Source: an uncultured Acidobacteriota bacterium
GTDB lineage: Bacteria > Acidobacteriota > Terriglobia > Acidiferrales > UBA7541
Direction of reading: 5' to 3'
DNA length: 64,000 nt
Assembly (NCBI GenBank): GCA_963790945.1
Contig: CAWBRH010000015.1
Span: forward strand, 51,695-115,694
Below the pieces are notes generated by a model. It had not been told where the DNA came from and made no database searches. It saw nothing but the letters and a program-made list of their open reading frames with translations. Every line of letters begins with the position of its first letter. The stretch's first letter is position 1. Position numbers and translations under genes: made by a program. Shown in pieces: positions 10,265-20,731 of the stretch.

Positions 10265-10849
10265 GTGGGACCCATGTTCCGCTCCGGCAGACGAATCCTA
10301 GCATCGGTGGTCTTAATAGCGGGCTTTCCATCTCTCGCCTTTGCGCAACGAACACAATCGATCCTGCCTGCCGGACCGCGCCAGTCGGCATCCGCCACCA
10401 CGAACGCCACGGCCTTTTCCTCGCGCGCTGCAAATACGGTTTCGATGAAGAGCTTCTCTTCGGCGTCAATATTTCCCAGCCGACCGGCAGCAACTGCCAC
10501 CAGCACGAATCCGAATCAAGAACACCGTTTCGCGCTCAGCACAGAGGAAGATCAGCATGAGCTCATCCCTCTGCAGGTTACATCGACGCCGTTCGCGACC
10601 GAGTCGCGCGTGCCGATTGCGCCTCTTCTGGGTGCGCGGTTGCAGTTGAACATTTCGATGCTCAATATTCGCAATGGGAATGTGATGCTGGGCCCCACGC
10701 CGGCAAGCGAAATCCTTCATGCGCCGGCACAAGCCCGATCAGCTGAGCTTTACGGCTTCGGCGTGAGCATTCCACTCGGCCACGGCGCCCGGGTTCAAAC
10801 ATCTGAGAACTTACTGCGCAGTGCGATGCGAATCGTGCGCAGCAACTAA
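10265..10849 (+). CDS. hypothetical secreted protein; Ser/Thr/Ala-rich N-terminal half
   Basis: Signal peptide (ILASVVLIAGFPSLAFAQ). The first half is low-complexity and the C-terminal part is more ordered. No family recognised. Confidence 0.45.
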   Translation: MGPMFRSGRRILASVVLIAGFPSLAFAQRTQSILPAGPRQSASATTNATAFSSRAANTVSMKSFSSASIFPSRPAATATSTNPNQEHRFALSTEEDQHELIPLQVTSTPFATESRVPIAPLLGARLQLNISMLNIRNGNVMLGPTPASEILHAPAQARSAELYGFGVSIPLGHGARVQTSENLLRSAMRIVRSN

Positions 10850-11135
10850 GATCCCATCTTCCGCTTCTTTCTCCCTTAGTACGCCAACCATCAGTTTTCG
10901 CCTGTTCTTTTTTTGGTCGAATGGTCAGTCCGCGAGGCCAATTTGAATATGATAGGGTCGAGATTGGGCAATACGGACTCTGTCCGATCGCACATCGCAG
11001 CTATGTCACATTTCGTTCCCATCGCGTACTACGAAAATCCGCCCCGTTCAACTACAGCGATCGCCCGAGAGGGAAGGCTGATGGCCTGGTTTAGGATTTG
11101 AGTTGCCAAGCTCAATTTCCTTGGAGGTAATTTTC

Positions 11136-11480
11136 ATGGCCAAAGGATCGGGCTCACGAATCGCGGTTTTATTCGGGTTATGCACATTGTTTCTAGCGGG
11201 AGGCATGCAGCTCCACACGTTGAAGGCCTCCGGGCTTCCGCTTATCATGCAAAACAGCCAGAATCAGAGCGCACCTGAAGTAAAAACCTTCACGGGCAAG
11301 GTGCTGTCGCAGAACGGCGAACGCTTTATTCTGCGGGATGAAACCAACGACGTCTGGTACCACTTGGACGACCAGCAACAAGCCGGGAAATTCGCCGGAA
11401 AGAACGTGCTGGTAACCGGCGTCCTCGACGGACGTACCGACACGATCCAGGTCCGCGAAATTACAGAGGCGAAGGCCTAG
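11136..11480 (+). CDS. hypothetical secreted small protein (DUF5818-like beta domain)
   Basis: Start MAKGSGSRIAVLFGLCTLFLAGG. C-terminal FTGKVLSQNGERFILRDETNDVWYHLDD...GKNVLVTGVLD resembles DUF5818-type domains. The family call is from memory. Confidence 0.6.
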   Translation: MAKGSGSRIAVLFGLCTLFLAGGMQLHTLKASGLPLIMQNSQNQSAPEVKTFTGKVLSQNGERFILRDETNDVWYHLDDQQQAGKFAGKNVLVTGVLDGRTDTIQVREITEAKA

Positions 11481-11536
11481 GACTGCGCGCTGCGGCCCGT
11501 TTGTCGGGCAGGTCTTATCGCTGCAATCTGAATGCG

Positions 11537-11848
11537 CTATGAGTTTCGGGCGGGAAGGCCCAATATTTCGCGCACTTTTCTTTTCCTCATCACTTCAGCC
11601 GGAGTGGTTCCGCTGCGCTCGAGCCATTTTGTAAATTCGCCGATTCGCACGTGATGCTCCACGGGTACGCTCTTCACCGCCACAGTGACGGTATCCATCG
11701 GTCGGCCGATGCCTGCCACCCATTCATTGCCCTGAAGCTGCTTGAGGCCGAGTGCTACGGCTTCGAAGAGCGTCGCAGCGGTCACTTCGACGGTATGGGC
11801 GACGCCGTCCATGTCGGCAATAGTGACGCGGCAGGATCGGATCTCCAT
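11537..11848 (-). CDS. hypothetical protein
   Basis: 103-aa ORF with balanced composition. It is convergent with the preceding gene. No family recognised. Confidence 0.55.
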   Translation of the reverse strand: MEIRSCRVTIADMDGVAHTVEVTAATLFEAVALGLKQLQGNEWVAGIGRPMDTVTVAVKSVPVEHHVRIGEFTKWLERSGTTPAEVMRKRKVREILGLPARNS

Positions 11849-12087
11849 AGCGAGAAAGTATCATATTCGCTTTTTGTTCGCCATACGGTTTTGGTTGGCT
11901 TTCTCTCCTAGGAACTAACGCGGACGGCCAAGGCGTTGCTGATAGTCAGGTCAGGCGGAACGCCAAATTGGATTCCCCGCGAGCCTGCTTTCACTCCCGC
12001 GCCTTTTTCAGAATTGGCACATCTTTACTACCATTGCTGCGACAAACGATTCGGGGCGGATCGTCCAAAAGAGGAGGGGGAACGACG

Positions 12088-12606
12088 ATGAAAGAGACGC
12101 CACAGGAATATATTCAGCGGATGCTCGGTTATACGGCTGGCGGCGAGAATCCAGCCAAGGTGCAAGCGGCTACGGCGAAGAAGTTAGAAAAACTCATCAA
12201 AGGAGTGCCGGCGGCGAAGTTGAAGAAGCGACCTGCGCCGGAAAAATGGTCGGTGCAGGAAATCGTCGCACACTTGGCGGATACCGAGATTGTGGGCAGC
12301 TGGCGGATCCGCGCGATCTTGGGCGCGCCCGGTACGCCGATTCAAGCGTTCGATCAGGACGCGTGGGTGACTGCGACGCACTACGCCAAGCGCGATCCGC
12401 GGCAAGCCGTGGCGCAGTTCCGCGTGCTGCGCGAAGCGAATCTAGCGCTCTACAAATCGCTAAAGCCGGAGCAGTGGAAGCATCACGGGATGCACTCCGA
12501 GCGCGGCGAAGAAACCGTGGAGCATATCGTGCGGATGTTTGCGGGGCACGATTTGAATCACATCGCGCAGATCGAGCGGATTCTCGCGCCTAAGAAATCG
12601 AAGTAG
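12088..12606 (+). CDS. DinB family protein
   Basis: GAGGAGGGGG lies upstream of ATG 12088. DinB signature: WSVQEIVAHLADTEIV ... FAGHDLNHIAQIERIL. Confidence 0.85.
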   Translation: MKETPQEYIQRMLGYTAGGENPAKVQAATAKKLEKLIKGVPAAKLKKRPAPEKWSVQEIVAHLADTEIVGSWRIRAILGAPGTPIQAFDQDAWVTATHYAKRDPRQAVAQFRVLREANLALYKSLKPEQWKHHGMHSERGEETVEHIVRMFAGHDLNHIAQIERILAPKKSK

Positions 12607-12666
12607 GCGCGCGGCTGCGGCGCGGCGGCTTCTCGTTTGGCATCACCTTCGGCCGCGGTAGAAGGC

Positions 12667-12692
12667 CCACGACGAGGACGGCCTCGTCGTGG
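12667..12692. repeat. REP-like hairpin CCACGACGAGG-ACGG-CCTCGTCGTGG between convergent genes
   Basis: Perfect 11-bp stem. A related copy lies at 2489-2515 with the same flank (GGCTACC). Confidence 0.6.
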
Positions 12693-12742
12693 CTACCTGC
12701 GCTCTCGGGTAAAGAAAGGCGAGGCTGGTGTGCCGGTGCTGT

Positions 12743-13204
12743 CTACTTCGGCACGGGCGCGGCGAAAAGAACGATATTTCCCCCCGGCTCACGGACCCCG
12801 ATTTCCTTCATCCCGTAAAACGTGGTGCGCACCGGCACGACAACGGGAGCCGAAGCCAAGCGCTTCAGCAGGTCGTCAAAATCGCTCACCTCGACGTAAA
12901 GGCATGCCGCCGGTCGCGCAAGCTTGGCCATCTCGCTGTTGTCCTTCTCCATGCTCGCCGTGGATTGAATCATCAGCTCGGCGTCGCCTTTCACGAGAAT
13001 GACAAAGCCGAGCTTGTCGCCGTCCGGCACCTCCACGGTCTTTGTGAAGCCAAGCTGGTCTACCCAGAACTTCAGCGACGGTTCGATCGCCGGGGCATAG
13101 ATCAAAGCAGTGATTTTCATTTTCAAGCCGTCCTTTGTTGGCTGCGCGTTTTGGCCGGATAAAGGACCGTTCGTCAACAGTGCAACAGCAAGTAGTGTTT
13201 TCAT
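12743..13204 (-). CDS. VOC (glyoxalase/bleomycin-resistance) family protein
   Basis: VOC-like sequence: AIEPSLKFWVDQLGF...GFVILVKGDAELMI...LYVEVSDFDDLLKRL...YGMKEIGVREPGGNIVLF. Confidence 0.8.
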   Translation of the reverse strand: MKTLLAVALLTNGPLSGQNAQPTKDGLKMKITALIYAPAIEPSLKFWVDQLGFTKTVEVPDGDKLGFVILVKGDAELMIQSTASMEKDNSEMAKLARPAACLYVEVSDFDDLLKRLASAPVVVPVRTTFYGMKEIGVREPGGNIVLFAAPVPK

Positions 13205-13264
13205 GTCTGCGCATCCTAGCGGATAGCTAGCAGACGATGATTGGAAAAAACGGACATACTGCGA

Positions 13265-14116
13265 TCACCGGCAAAGAGATTTAAAGCGCGGATTCTGAGC
13301 GAAAGTGAGGGCTACGGTAAGCGACGAAAACTGCGCGGGTGAAACGCCGGCGAGTTCCTTGAATTCGTTGATGAGGTGCGCCTGATCGTAATAGCCGGAA
13401 GCGACCGCAACGTCCGCCCAATCCCGCTGCCGCCCGTCCGCATCCTTCGCGGCCCGACGGAAACGCAGAACGCGTGCTAAGTGCTTAGGGCTCAGACCCG
13501 TGCGCTCGAGGCAGATTCTTCGAAATTGGCGTGGGCTGAGGCTGGCGGCGTCAGCCAGCGCGTCCATCGAAACCTGCCCACTGCATTCCACTAGCCACGC
13601 AAGAGATCTCTCCACAGGATCGAGCGGCTTCGGCTCAGCCAGCGACGCCTCAAACCGAGCGATCGCATCGCGGGGCGAACGGCTGCCCGCCAGTTGATCG
13701 AGAAGATCGCGAACCGCCGCAGCTTTCCACGCGTCAGCGAGCGGAATCGATTGATCCACGGCGACCGAGCCTGGCACTCGCAGGATTCGCGCCGCCATTC
13801 CCGGCCGAAAACGCACGCCAAAAGTTGAATGCCCACCGGGGATATCAAACGCTTGCGCGCGCGTCATGGTGCCAACAATCGCGAGGCCGCCATAATCGCG
13901 CGCTGGCTGTTCGAAGATGATGTCCGAGCACCCATCCGGAAACACATGAAAATTGCGGACAGACCCCTCCGTACGGTGCATCCAGAAGCATTCAATGTGC
14001 GCCGCAAATTTCGGCGACGAAGGGAATTCCTGGTATGGCGGTCTGGCTAGAGGCTCGGCGACAGACGTAGTAACAGCAGCAGGGGATTGAAAAGCAGTAG
14101 AAGCCGCGGCGCCCAT
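13265..14116 (-). CDS. AraC family transcriptional regulator
   Basis: C-terminal AraC HTH: LADAASLSPRQFRRICLERTGLSPKHLARVLRFRRA...GYYDQAHLINEFKELAGVSP. I place the start at ATG 14116; the longer 402-aa ORF extension looks like junk. Confidence 0.8.
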   Translation of the reverse strand: MGAAASTAFQSPAAVTTSVAEPLARPPYQEFPSSPKFAAHIECFWMHRTEGSVRNFHVFPDGCSDIIFEQPARDYGGLAIVGTMTRAQAFDIPGGHSTFGVRFRPGMAARILRVPGSVAVDQSIPLADAWKAAAVRDLLDQLAGSRSPRDAIARFEASLAEPKPLDPVERSLAWLVECSGQVSMDALADAASLSPRQFRRICLERTGLSPKHLARVLRFRRAAKDADGRQRDWADVAVASGYYDQAHLINEFKELAGVSPAQFSSLTVALTFAQNPRFKSLCR

Positions 14117-14163
14117 CGCAATTGCCCGAAAGGCCCTCCTGAAACACGACCGGCACAATCTCT

Positions 14164-14723
14164 TCAGATCGTGCCCGGCGAAAACCAAATATGATTGGGA
14201 CTCGACTCTGCCGGCGGTGCCATCTCCGGCATCTGAAGCTTTGCTTTGGCGAGTGCGCGGACGATGTTCACTTCGACTGCCTGCTCGGAGGTGTTGCGCA
14301 CGGTGGCCAGTTCGCTGACGAGAAGATACTTGGCTCGCTCGAGCATCTTCTTTTCGCGGAAGGAAAGCGGCTTGGTCCGGCTGAGGGCGACGAGGCCTTT
14401 CAGTACAGCGGCCACTTCCATCAGCGAACCCGTCCGCATCCGGTCCGAATTTTCCTTGAAGCGGTGTTTCCAATCATGGTGCGAATCGGAACGGCCCTTT
14501 TCGAGGAACGAAAGGACTGCGCCGGCTTGGGTTGTACGGATCACGGGCCGAAGTCCGACGTTTCGACGTTCGACTGCGGCACCATCACTTTTAAGCCGCT
14601 CGAAACGATCTTCAGCATGTAATACCGTTCTGATCTGCCGTTCAAGTACCCATAACTGATTTGCTCGATGACCCCTACACCATGGTTCGGATACACGACT
14701 TTTTCGCCTAGCTTGAATTCCAT
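14164..14723 (-). pseudogene. carD: CarD/CdnL family RNA-polymerase-binding regulator; one frame break near 14561
   Basis: The N-terminus MEFKLGEKVVYPNHGVGVIEQI...MVPQSNVE is in one frame. NVGLRPVIRTTQAGAVLSFLEKG...SFREKKMLERAKYLLVSELA is in another. Adding one base to the T3 run at 14561-14563 restores a full CarD. Confidence 0.8.
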
Positions 14724-14866
14724 AGGTGGAAGTAGCCTCCCCGAGCTCATGTTTAAATTTTAGGCACATGCGCCCGGCGTCAAGGAAATCCCCGCTATAA
14801 CCAAGGGTCAGAAGCGATTGAAAATACAGCTGTTTTCGGCAGGATTGGCCCCCGAATTGCCCTATA

Positions 14867-15617
14867 ATGGTGCACGTGCTTATCCTAGCCTTAGACACCT
14901 CTTCGCCCTCCGGCAGCCTAGGAGTACTACGCGATGAAAAAGTCATCGGAGTGGTCTCCAGGCCACGGGTGAAGATGTATTCGTCGAGGATGTTCCGCCA
15001 TCTGGAGTTCCTTTTGCGCGAGCTTTCGCTGCGGACTGGATCAATTTGAGCTGTTTGCGGTGGCGGCGGGGCCAGGATCGTTTACGGGCTACGCGTTGGC
15101 TTGGCGGCGGTGAAGGGCTGGGCGGAGGTATATCGCAAGCCGATTACGGCGGTGAGTGCGCTGGAAGCGGTCGCTGTGCAGGCGCACTCAATGCCGCGGT
15201 GATTGTGCCGGTGCTCGACGCGCGGCGGGGGCAGGTCTATTTCGGATTGTATCGGCGTGCTGCGGCTTCGGGTGGAGCGCCGGGCGAGAGCCGGTTAGTG
15301 CTCGATGGCGAAGAATATGTGATGACGCCCGCGGAGTTTTTTGAGGCGCTTCGTGCGCGGGCGGGAGGCGCCGAATTTGCGATCGCCACGCCTCAGCCTG
15401 AGTTGTTCTCCGGGGCGGCATCGACTGCGACGAGCATGTGCCGGCGCTACGCATCGGCGTCGAACGCGTTGCACGGTGTGCTCGCGCCGTTTCGGCCAGC
15501 TCGGTTATCGTCGGCGCAGCGCGGCGAGTTGCTGACGCGCTGACCCTAGATGCGAATTACGTCCGCCGCACGGACGCCGAACTTCATTGGAAGAGTCAGA
15601 AAATGACGCTGCGCTAG
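14867..15617 (+). pseudogene. tsaB: tRNA t6A biosynthesis protein TsaB; at least 3 frame breaks
   Basis: TsaB-like pieces lie in alternating frames: LILALDTSSPSGSLGVL, FAVAAGPGSFTG, LRVGLAAVKGWAEVYRKPITAVSALEAVA, VLDARRGQVYFGLY, LTLDANYVRRTDAELHW. Confidence 0.7.
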
Positions 15618-16044
15618 TATCCGCGCGCTGGAAGAGCGCGATGTCGAAGCCGTTCTCGCGATTCAAGCCAGCTATCCCGAAATCGCGCAATGGACGCGCT
15701 GTGGGATTACAGTCGTGTTGCGCGACGGCGAAATGGCCGGTTGGGTCGCTGAAGAGAAATCGAGCGATCGTTACGGATTTCTCGTCGCGCGGCAAATCGC
15801 GAACGATATTGAGATCTTGAATTTCGCCGTTCGCCGCACATGCGCCGGCGCGGCATTGGCGCCGCTGCTTCTGGAGACAGGCCTCGCTGGGGAAGCGTTT
15901 AGCGCGGAGCAGGCGTTCCTTGAAGTGCGGGCGTCGAACTCGCCGCGCTGCGTTTTTACGAGCAGCACAATTTCCAGTCACGGGCCGCCGCCCCCGTTAT
16001 TACATGGCTCCGGTCGAGGATGCGCTGCTACTGCAAGCGCCTAG
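15603..16044 (+). pseudogene. rimI: ribosomal-protein-alanine N-acetyltransferase RimI; frame-disrupted, 3' end uncertain
   Basis: GNAT pieces IRALEERDVEAVLAIQ, EILNFAV, FLEVRASNS and FPVTGRRPRYYMAPVEDALLL sit in different frames. The start overlaps the tsaB stop. Confidence 0.6.
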
Positions 16045-16160
16045 ACCTCTCGAGCTTCCAAAACGGCAGAATCCACATTTCATCTATTGGCGTGGAGCGC
16101 CGCAGTGTGGTAATTGTTACGATGTATGTGAATCACCATATTCCAACCAGGAGGGAAAGG

Positions 16161-16400
16161 ATGCCGATTACGACCCACGATGTCCGGCAGACCCTATTGG
16201 AAACGGATGCAGAATTCCGGCACTCGCCCGAAGAGCACTCCCGATGTGAAACGCAACTGGAACAACTCCTAACTGAACCTTACATAAGTTCCGAAGACCT
16301 CGCCCTCGAAATTGCCCTCAAAAAAATCAAGCTGCGTTTGAAAGATCAGATGGAAATGATCGTGGCGCGCAGCAGACAGCAAATCGCGCTGCCTACATAA
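16161..16400 (+). CDS. DUF465 (YdcH-like) small protein
   Basis: GGAGGGAAAGG lies upstream of ATG 16161. The 79-aa helical protein has DAEFRHSPEEHSRCETQLEQL...LKKIKLRLKDQM. Confidence 0.7.
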   Translation: MPITTHDVRQTLLETDAEFRHSPEEHSRCETQLEQLLTEPYISSEDLALEIALKKIKLRLKDQMEMIVARSRQQIALPT

Positions 16401-16534
16401 CCGGCGGAATGTCCTCGCGGTTTCTGTCGTACAATACAGGTGTATCCGTAGTTCGCCTCACTTCTGTCTACAATGATCGTATATTTGCGAATTCGCTGAA
16501 ATTCTGCCCTTAGGATCCGATAGCAACCGCTACT

Positions 16535-17164
16535 ATGGTCAAAGACGCTTACAGGTTTGCTCTCCCGCCGCTCGATCGCTGGACATTATTTGTGTGGTTC
16601 ATGGGTGCGAAATGGCCGGGCGGAGATTCTGATTTTTCTCGGTCTGTTCGTTTTTTATTTCTTTCGCGATCCGCAATCGCACGATTCCGAGCGATCCCGG
16701 CGTGATCGTTTCTCCCGCGGACGGGCATGTGGTCGAAATTGTGGATGAACTTCTCGATCGGCATTCCCGGACATCGCGTCAGCATTTTTCTCGCGGTCTG
16801 GGACGTGCATGTGCAGCGCGCGCCGGTGGCGGGCCGCATCGCGGACGTGGTATATCGTCCCGGGCAAGTTTTACGCGGCCATGCGCTCCGCGCGCATCGC
16901 GAAGAAAACGAGCAGAACGTGATCAATATGGATACGCCAAAAGGCCGTTTGGTTTTCAAACAAATCGCCGGAGCCATCGCGCGGCGCGTGATATGCTGGA
17001 AACGACGAGGGCGAAAAAGTAGCGCTCGGCGAACGCGTGGGCCTGATTCGCTTCGGCTCGCGCGTGGATATCTGGCTGCCGCGGAAGCGCAGATCGTCGT
17101 GACGCGCGGGCAAAAAGTGAAAGGCGGCGAAAGCATCCTGGCGAAATGGAATTCAACGACTTAG
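16535..17164 (+). pseudogene. psd: phosphatidylserine decarboxylase (short, archaetidylserine-decarboxylase-related type); several frame breaks
   Basis: Psd pieces are spread over all three frames: MVKDAYRFALPPL, FLGLFVFYFFRDP, IPSDPGVIVSPADGHVVEIV, VSIFLAVWDVHVQRAPVAGRI, EENEQNVI, VFKQIAGAIARRVICW, GESILA. Confidence 0.7.
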
Positions 17165-17982
17165 ATCCGATCGGCCACGAAGAAAGGCCGCGAGAATCCG
17201 TTTCGCAAACACCGGCTCCGCCGCGGTATCTACATCCTTCCCAGTATTTTCACCGTCGCCAATCTGCTGTGCGGTTACTACGCGGTTCTCGCCACGCTCG
17301 ACGGCAGGCGTGTCCGATTTCGACAAAGCCGCCCGCGCCATCGGCCTCGCGATCCTGTTCGATTCCCTCGACGGCCGCATCGCGCGCGCCATGGGCACCA
17401 ACAGCGAATTCGGAAAGGAATTTGACTCGCTCGCCGACGTGGTCAGTTTCGGCATGGCGCCCGCCGTTTCTCGCCTACGCCTGGGGAGTTCGCGCCATGG
17501 CTGCTGCGGATTCGCTCGCCGGCGCTGCATCTCACAGAACTTGGCTGGCTCATCGGATTTTTCTTCGTCGGCTGTTGCGCCTGGCGGCTCGCGCGATTCA
17601 ATATTCAAAGGAATGGCGCCGGGCGGAAATCGCTACTTCGTCGGAATGCCCACACCCGCCGCTGCCGGCATGATCGCCGCAGTTGTTCACGCGTTTCGCA
17701 ACCCGATCGACGATTCGCGCATCTCTTTGCTCTGGCTGGCCATGATCGCCGCCCTCGGGATCCTGATGTCGAGCAGCTTGCGGCATTACAGCTTCAAAGA
17801 TATTCAGTGGACCAAGCGGCAACCGTCGCTGGCCATCGTCCTTTGGGCTGCTCTCATCGGAGCGGTTGTCTTTCTGTCCCGCCCCACGCTGCTCGTCATC
17901 GCCACGGCCTATACGCCTGCACGGCATCGTGCTTCAGGTGGTTCGTTTCGCGCGTCACCGTCCTGCTTCGAGAACTGCGTGA
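17146..17982 (+). pseudogene. pssA: CDP-diacylglycerol--serine O-phosphatidyltransferase; several frame breaks
   Basis: Pieces lie in different frames: RRGIYILPSIFTVANLLCGYYAVLATLDG, DKAARAIGLAILFDSLDGRIARAMGTNSEFGKEFDSLADVVSFGMAPAV (CDP-alcohol motif), LAYAWGV. Confidence 0.7.
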
Positions 17983-17985
17983 TCC

Positions 17986-19027
17986 ATGCCTTCGGGCCTT
18001 CCGAATTCCAACCGCGTAGCGATTGTCGGTGCGTCCTCTCTTCGAGGTAAGGAGCTGAAGCTCGTCCTCGAAGAACGCAATTTCCCCGCCGATGAAATTA
18101 TTCTTCTCGACGTGAGCGTAATGGCCGGAACCCTCACGGAAGCCGGCGGCGAACCGACCTTCATTCGCGAACTCGCAGCGGATAGTTTCGAAAAAGTGCG
18201 CTTCGCATTTTTTGCCGGACTCCCCGCCGACACCGAGCGTAACTGGCAAGCAGCACAGGCCGCCGGCGCCACCGTAATCGATCTCACGGGCGTTCTCGCA
18301 GCGAGTGGGAAAGCCACCTCCTGGATACCGTCGCTCGCGCCCTTGATCCCACCAAAGCCCGGGCCGGGCGCAAACGGTTCTGCGCACAAACTCGCGTACG
18401 CGTCTCCCGCATCTCCAGTTGTGATTTCCTGCACGCTGGCAGCGGGACTCGCAACGCTCTCCCCCAGAACAATCGCCGCCACGCTTTTTCCCCCGGTTTC
18501 CGAGCGCGATCAGCCAGGAATCGACGAGCTCGAAAACGCAGACCACGAACCTGCTTTCCTTCCGTCCCATCGAGCAGACGGTTTTCGACACGCAGGTGGC
18601 CTTCAATCTTCTCTCCAAGTATGGCGAAGAAAGCAAGCCGAGCCTCGAATCCACCCGAGCAGCCATCGCCCGCGACGTCGCCCAATATCTCGCAGGCCGC
18701 GCGCCCGTACCGGCGATTCAATTGATTCAGACGCCGGTGTTCTACGGTTACGCATTCTCCGCCTATGTGGAATTTGCCGCACCGCCCGCGCTCGAGCAAC
18801 TGGCCGCCGCGTTCCAGAATCTGGGAGTGAAGATCGCCGCCTCGGAGGATTCCGCGCCGACCAACATCGGCGTCGCAGGTGAAAGCGAAATTCAGCTGGC
18901 GCCGATTCAAGCGGACCCGAATGTCGCTGCCGGCGTGTGGCTCTGGGGAGTTGCAGATAATTTAAGGCTGGCAACCACGAATGCGGTGCGCATTGCGGAG
19001 GAGCTGCTTGCCAAAGCTGCGGCGTAA
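17986..19027 (+). pseudogene. asd: aspartate-semialdehyde dehydrogenase family protein; one frame break near 18545
   Basis: N-terminus RVAIVGASSLRGKELKLVLEERNFP in one frame. QTTNLLSFRPIEQTVFDTQVAFNLL...ADNLRLATTNAVRIAEELL in a second frame (ORFs 17986..18882 and 18596..19027). Confidence 0.75.
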
Positions 19028-19052
19028 TCGCCAGCGCCAGCGTCCGAGCCCT

Positions 19053-19586
19053 TTGCACGCCCGCGCCGGCAGAATCGCGCTCAGCCTCGCAATCCTTTTT
19101 GGAATTGTCTGCGCGGGTTGTGGCTACCATGTGGCCGGACGAGCCTCGCGCCTTCCAGCCGATTGGGCTGCCATCGCAATTCCAGCATTCAAGAACGACA
19201 CCACGCGTTATCGCCTTGAACAGCGCCTCACCGAAGCGGTAATCCGCGAATTCATCGAGCGCACCAAATATCGCGTGGTGCAGAATGTGGAATCGGCCGA
19301 CGGAGTCTTGCACGGCGAAGTTCTCTCGATTGAAACGAGCCCCGTAATCTTCAACTCCACGACGGGCGAAGTGGAGTTGATGGTCGTCACGATTCACACG
19401 AAGGTGCTCCTGGTCGATAACAAAACATCAAAACCGATGTATAAGAACGACGACATGGTTTTTCGCGACGAGTACCAGATCTCCAGCGACGTGCAGAGCT
19501 TTTTCGACGAGCAGAGTCCAGCCCTGGGCCGCATGTCCAAGGATTTTGCATCGAAGCTCGTTTCCAATGTGGTAGAAAATTTCTGA
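19053..19586 (+). CDS. lptE: LPS-assembly lipoprotein LptE
   Basis: A TTG start gives LHARAGRIALSLAILFGIVCAGCGY with a lipobox. The gene sits between asd and holA, and the length and composition are LptE-like. Confidence 0.65.
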   Translation: MHARAGRIALSLAILFGIVCAGCGYHVAGRASRLPADWAAIAIPAFKNDTTRYRLEQRLTEAVIREFIERTKYRVVQNVESADGVLHGEVLSIETSPVIFNSTTGEVELMVVTIHTKVLLVDNKTSKPMYKNDDMVFRDEYQISSDVQSFFDEQSPALGRMSKDFASKLVSNVVENF

Positions 19587-19607
19587 ACTAGCACCCGGAG
19601 AGATGTA

Positions 19608-20639
19608 ATGGCAGAAGTTTCCGCTGAAAAACTGATTGCGCGGCTCGCGAGCGGCAAGCCTATCCCCGCCATCGTGCTGATCGGGACCGACGCCTACCTC
19701 AGCGATCTCTGCCGCAAGCAGATCATCGAAGCGTGCGTTCCTGAAGCCGCGCGCGACTGGGCCGTAGCCCGAATTCGCGGCGACGCAGCGGGCTGGGATG
19801 AAGCGCTCGAGCGCGCGCAAACCATGCCCATGCTCGCCCCGCGCCAGGTGATCATCGTCGAGGACGCGCAGCTAATCGAAAAACTGGGCGACGAATCGCG
19901 AGACGAAATCATCAAAGCCCTCACCGCCTATCTCGACTCTCCCGCTCCCTTCAGTGTGCTCTTGATCGAAGCCGCCGCGCTCGATGGTCGTCAGAAGTTT
20001 CGCAAGGTACTCGACGATAAGGCTCTTCTCGTCGAACTGACAATCGGCCCGGAATCGGCGGCCGGTCTCGCCACGCAAATGGCCAAGGATCTGAAAATCG
20101 ACATCGATCGCGCGGCCGCATCGCTCCTGGCAGAAAGCCTGAATTTCGAGCCCGCTCGCATCCACATGGAAATCGATAAACTCGCCGCCTACGCGCACGA
20201 ACGCGGCCGCATTACCACGGCCGATGTCGAAGCACTCGTGAAAGCAGCGCGAAAAAATACCGTCTGGCAACTCGCCGACATGCTGGCCGTAAAGCAGCGA
20301 GCAAAAGCTCTCGAATTTCTCGATAATCTCCTGCGCGAAGGTGAAGAGCCGATACGCCTCGTCGGCGCGCTCGCGTTTCGCTACCGCAAACTCGTCGAAG
20401 CTCGGGGATTGCCGCGCACCATGAACGGCTACCAGGCCGCGCGCCAGCTGGGAATGAGTCCGAGCGATGCGGAAGCCGCAATTCGCAACGCACATCGAGT
20501 CGCGAAAGCCGATCTGCTCGCCGGTCTCGTGGCTCTCGCCGACGCCGATAGTCAGCTAAAATCCTCGAACCCCAATCCTCGCGCCTTCATGGAATTCCTG
20601 ATCGCGCGGCTCACGTCCTCAGCTGCCTCCGCTGCGTAG
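19608..20639 (+). CDS. holA: DNA polymerase III subunit delta
   Basis: 343-aa ORF with typical HolA length and pattern (PIPAIVLIGTDAYL...VIIVEDAQ...VWQLADML), placed next to lptE. Confidence 0.8.
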   Translation: MAEVSAEKLIARLASGKPIPAIVLIGTDAYLSDLCRKQIIEACVPEAARDWAVARIRGDAAGWDEALERAQTMPMLAPRQVIIVEDAQLIEKLGDESRDEIIKALTAYLDSPAPFSVLLIEAAALDGRQKFRKVLDDKALLVELTIGPESAAGLATQMAKDLKIDIDRAAASLLAESLNFEPARIHMEIDKLAAYAHERGRITTADVEALVKAARKNTVWQLADMLAVKQRAKALEFLDNLLREGEEPIRLVGALAFRYRKLVEARGLPRTMNGYQAARQLGMSPSDAEAAIRNAHRVAKADLLAGLVALADADSQLKSSNPNPRAFMEFLIARLTSSAASAA

Positions 20640-20654
20640 CCTCACGCAGCCGTC

Positions 20655-20691
20655 AGCAAAAGAAAAGGCGTCCCGATTACTCAGGACGCCT
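20655..20691 (-). terminator. intrinsic terminator of rpsT
   Basis: On the minus strand, hairpin AGGCGTCC-N10-GGACGCCT (20666-20691) is followed by TTTTCTTTTG, about 40 nt downstream of the rpsT stop. Confidence 0.6.
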
Positions 20692-20731
20692 CTCGAAATC
20701 CAAAACCACCCAAAATCGAATCGCGGCGCGA

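Noticed and set aside
11136-11848. Small convergent gene pair as a toxin-antitoxin module
   Set aside because: The genes converge rather than forming an operon. One is secreted (signal peptide). Neither shows a known toxin or antitoxin fold signature.
14117-14473. N-terminal 119-aa extension of the AraC regulator ORF (402-aa version)
   Set aside because: The extension is Arg/Gly/Ser-rich and overlaps the 3' part of carD. A good internal ATG at 14116 gives a normal-length AraC-family protein.
16045-16249. Long C-terminal extension of the rimI frame (ORF 15920..16249) overlapping the DUF465 gene start
   Set aside because: The sequence after ...EDALLLQAP is not GNAT-like and overlaps a gene with a strong RBS. 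It probably results from another indel near the true rimI stop.
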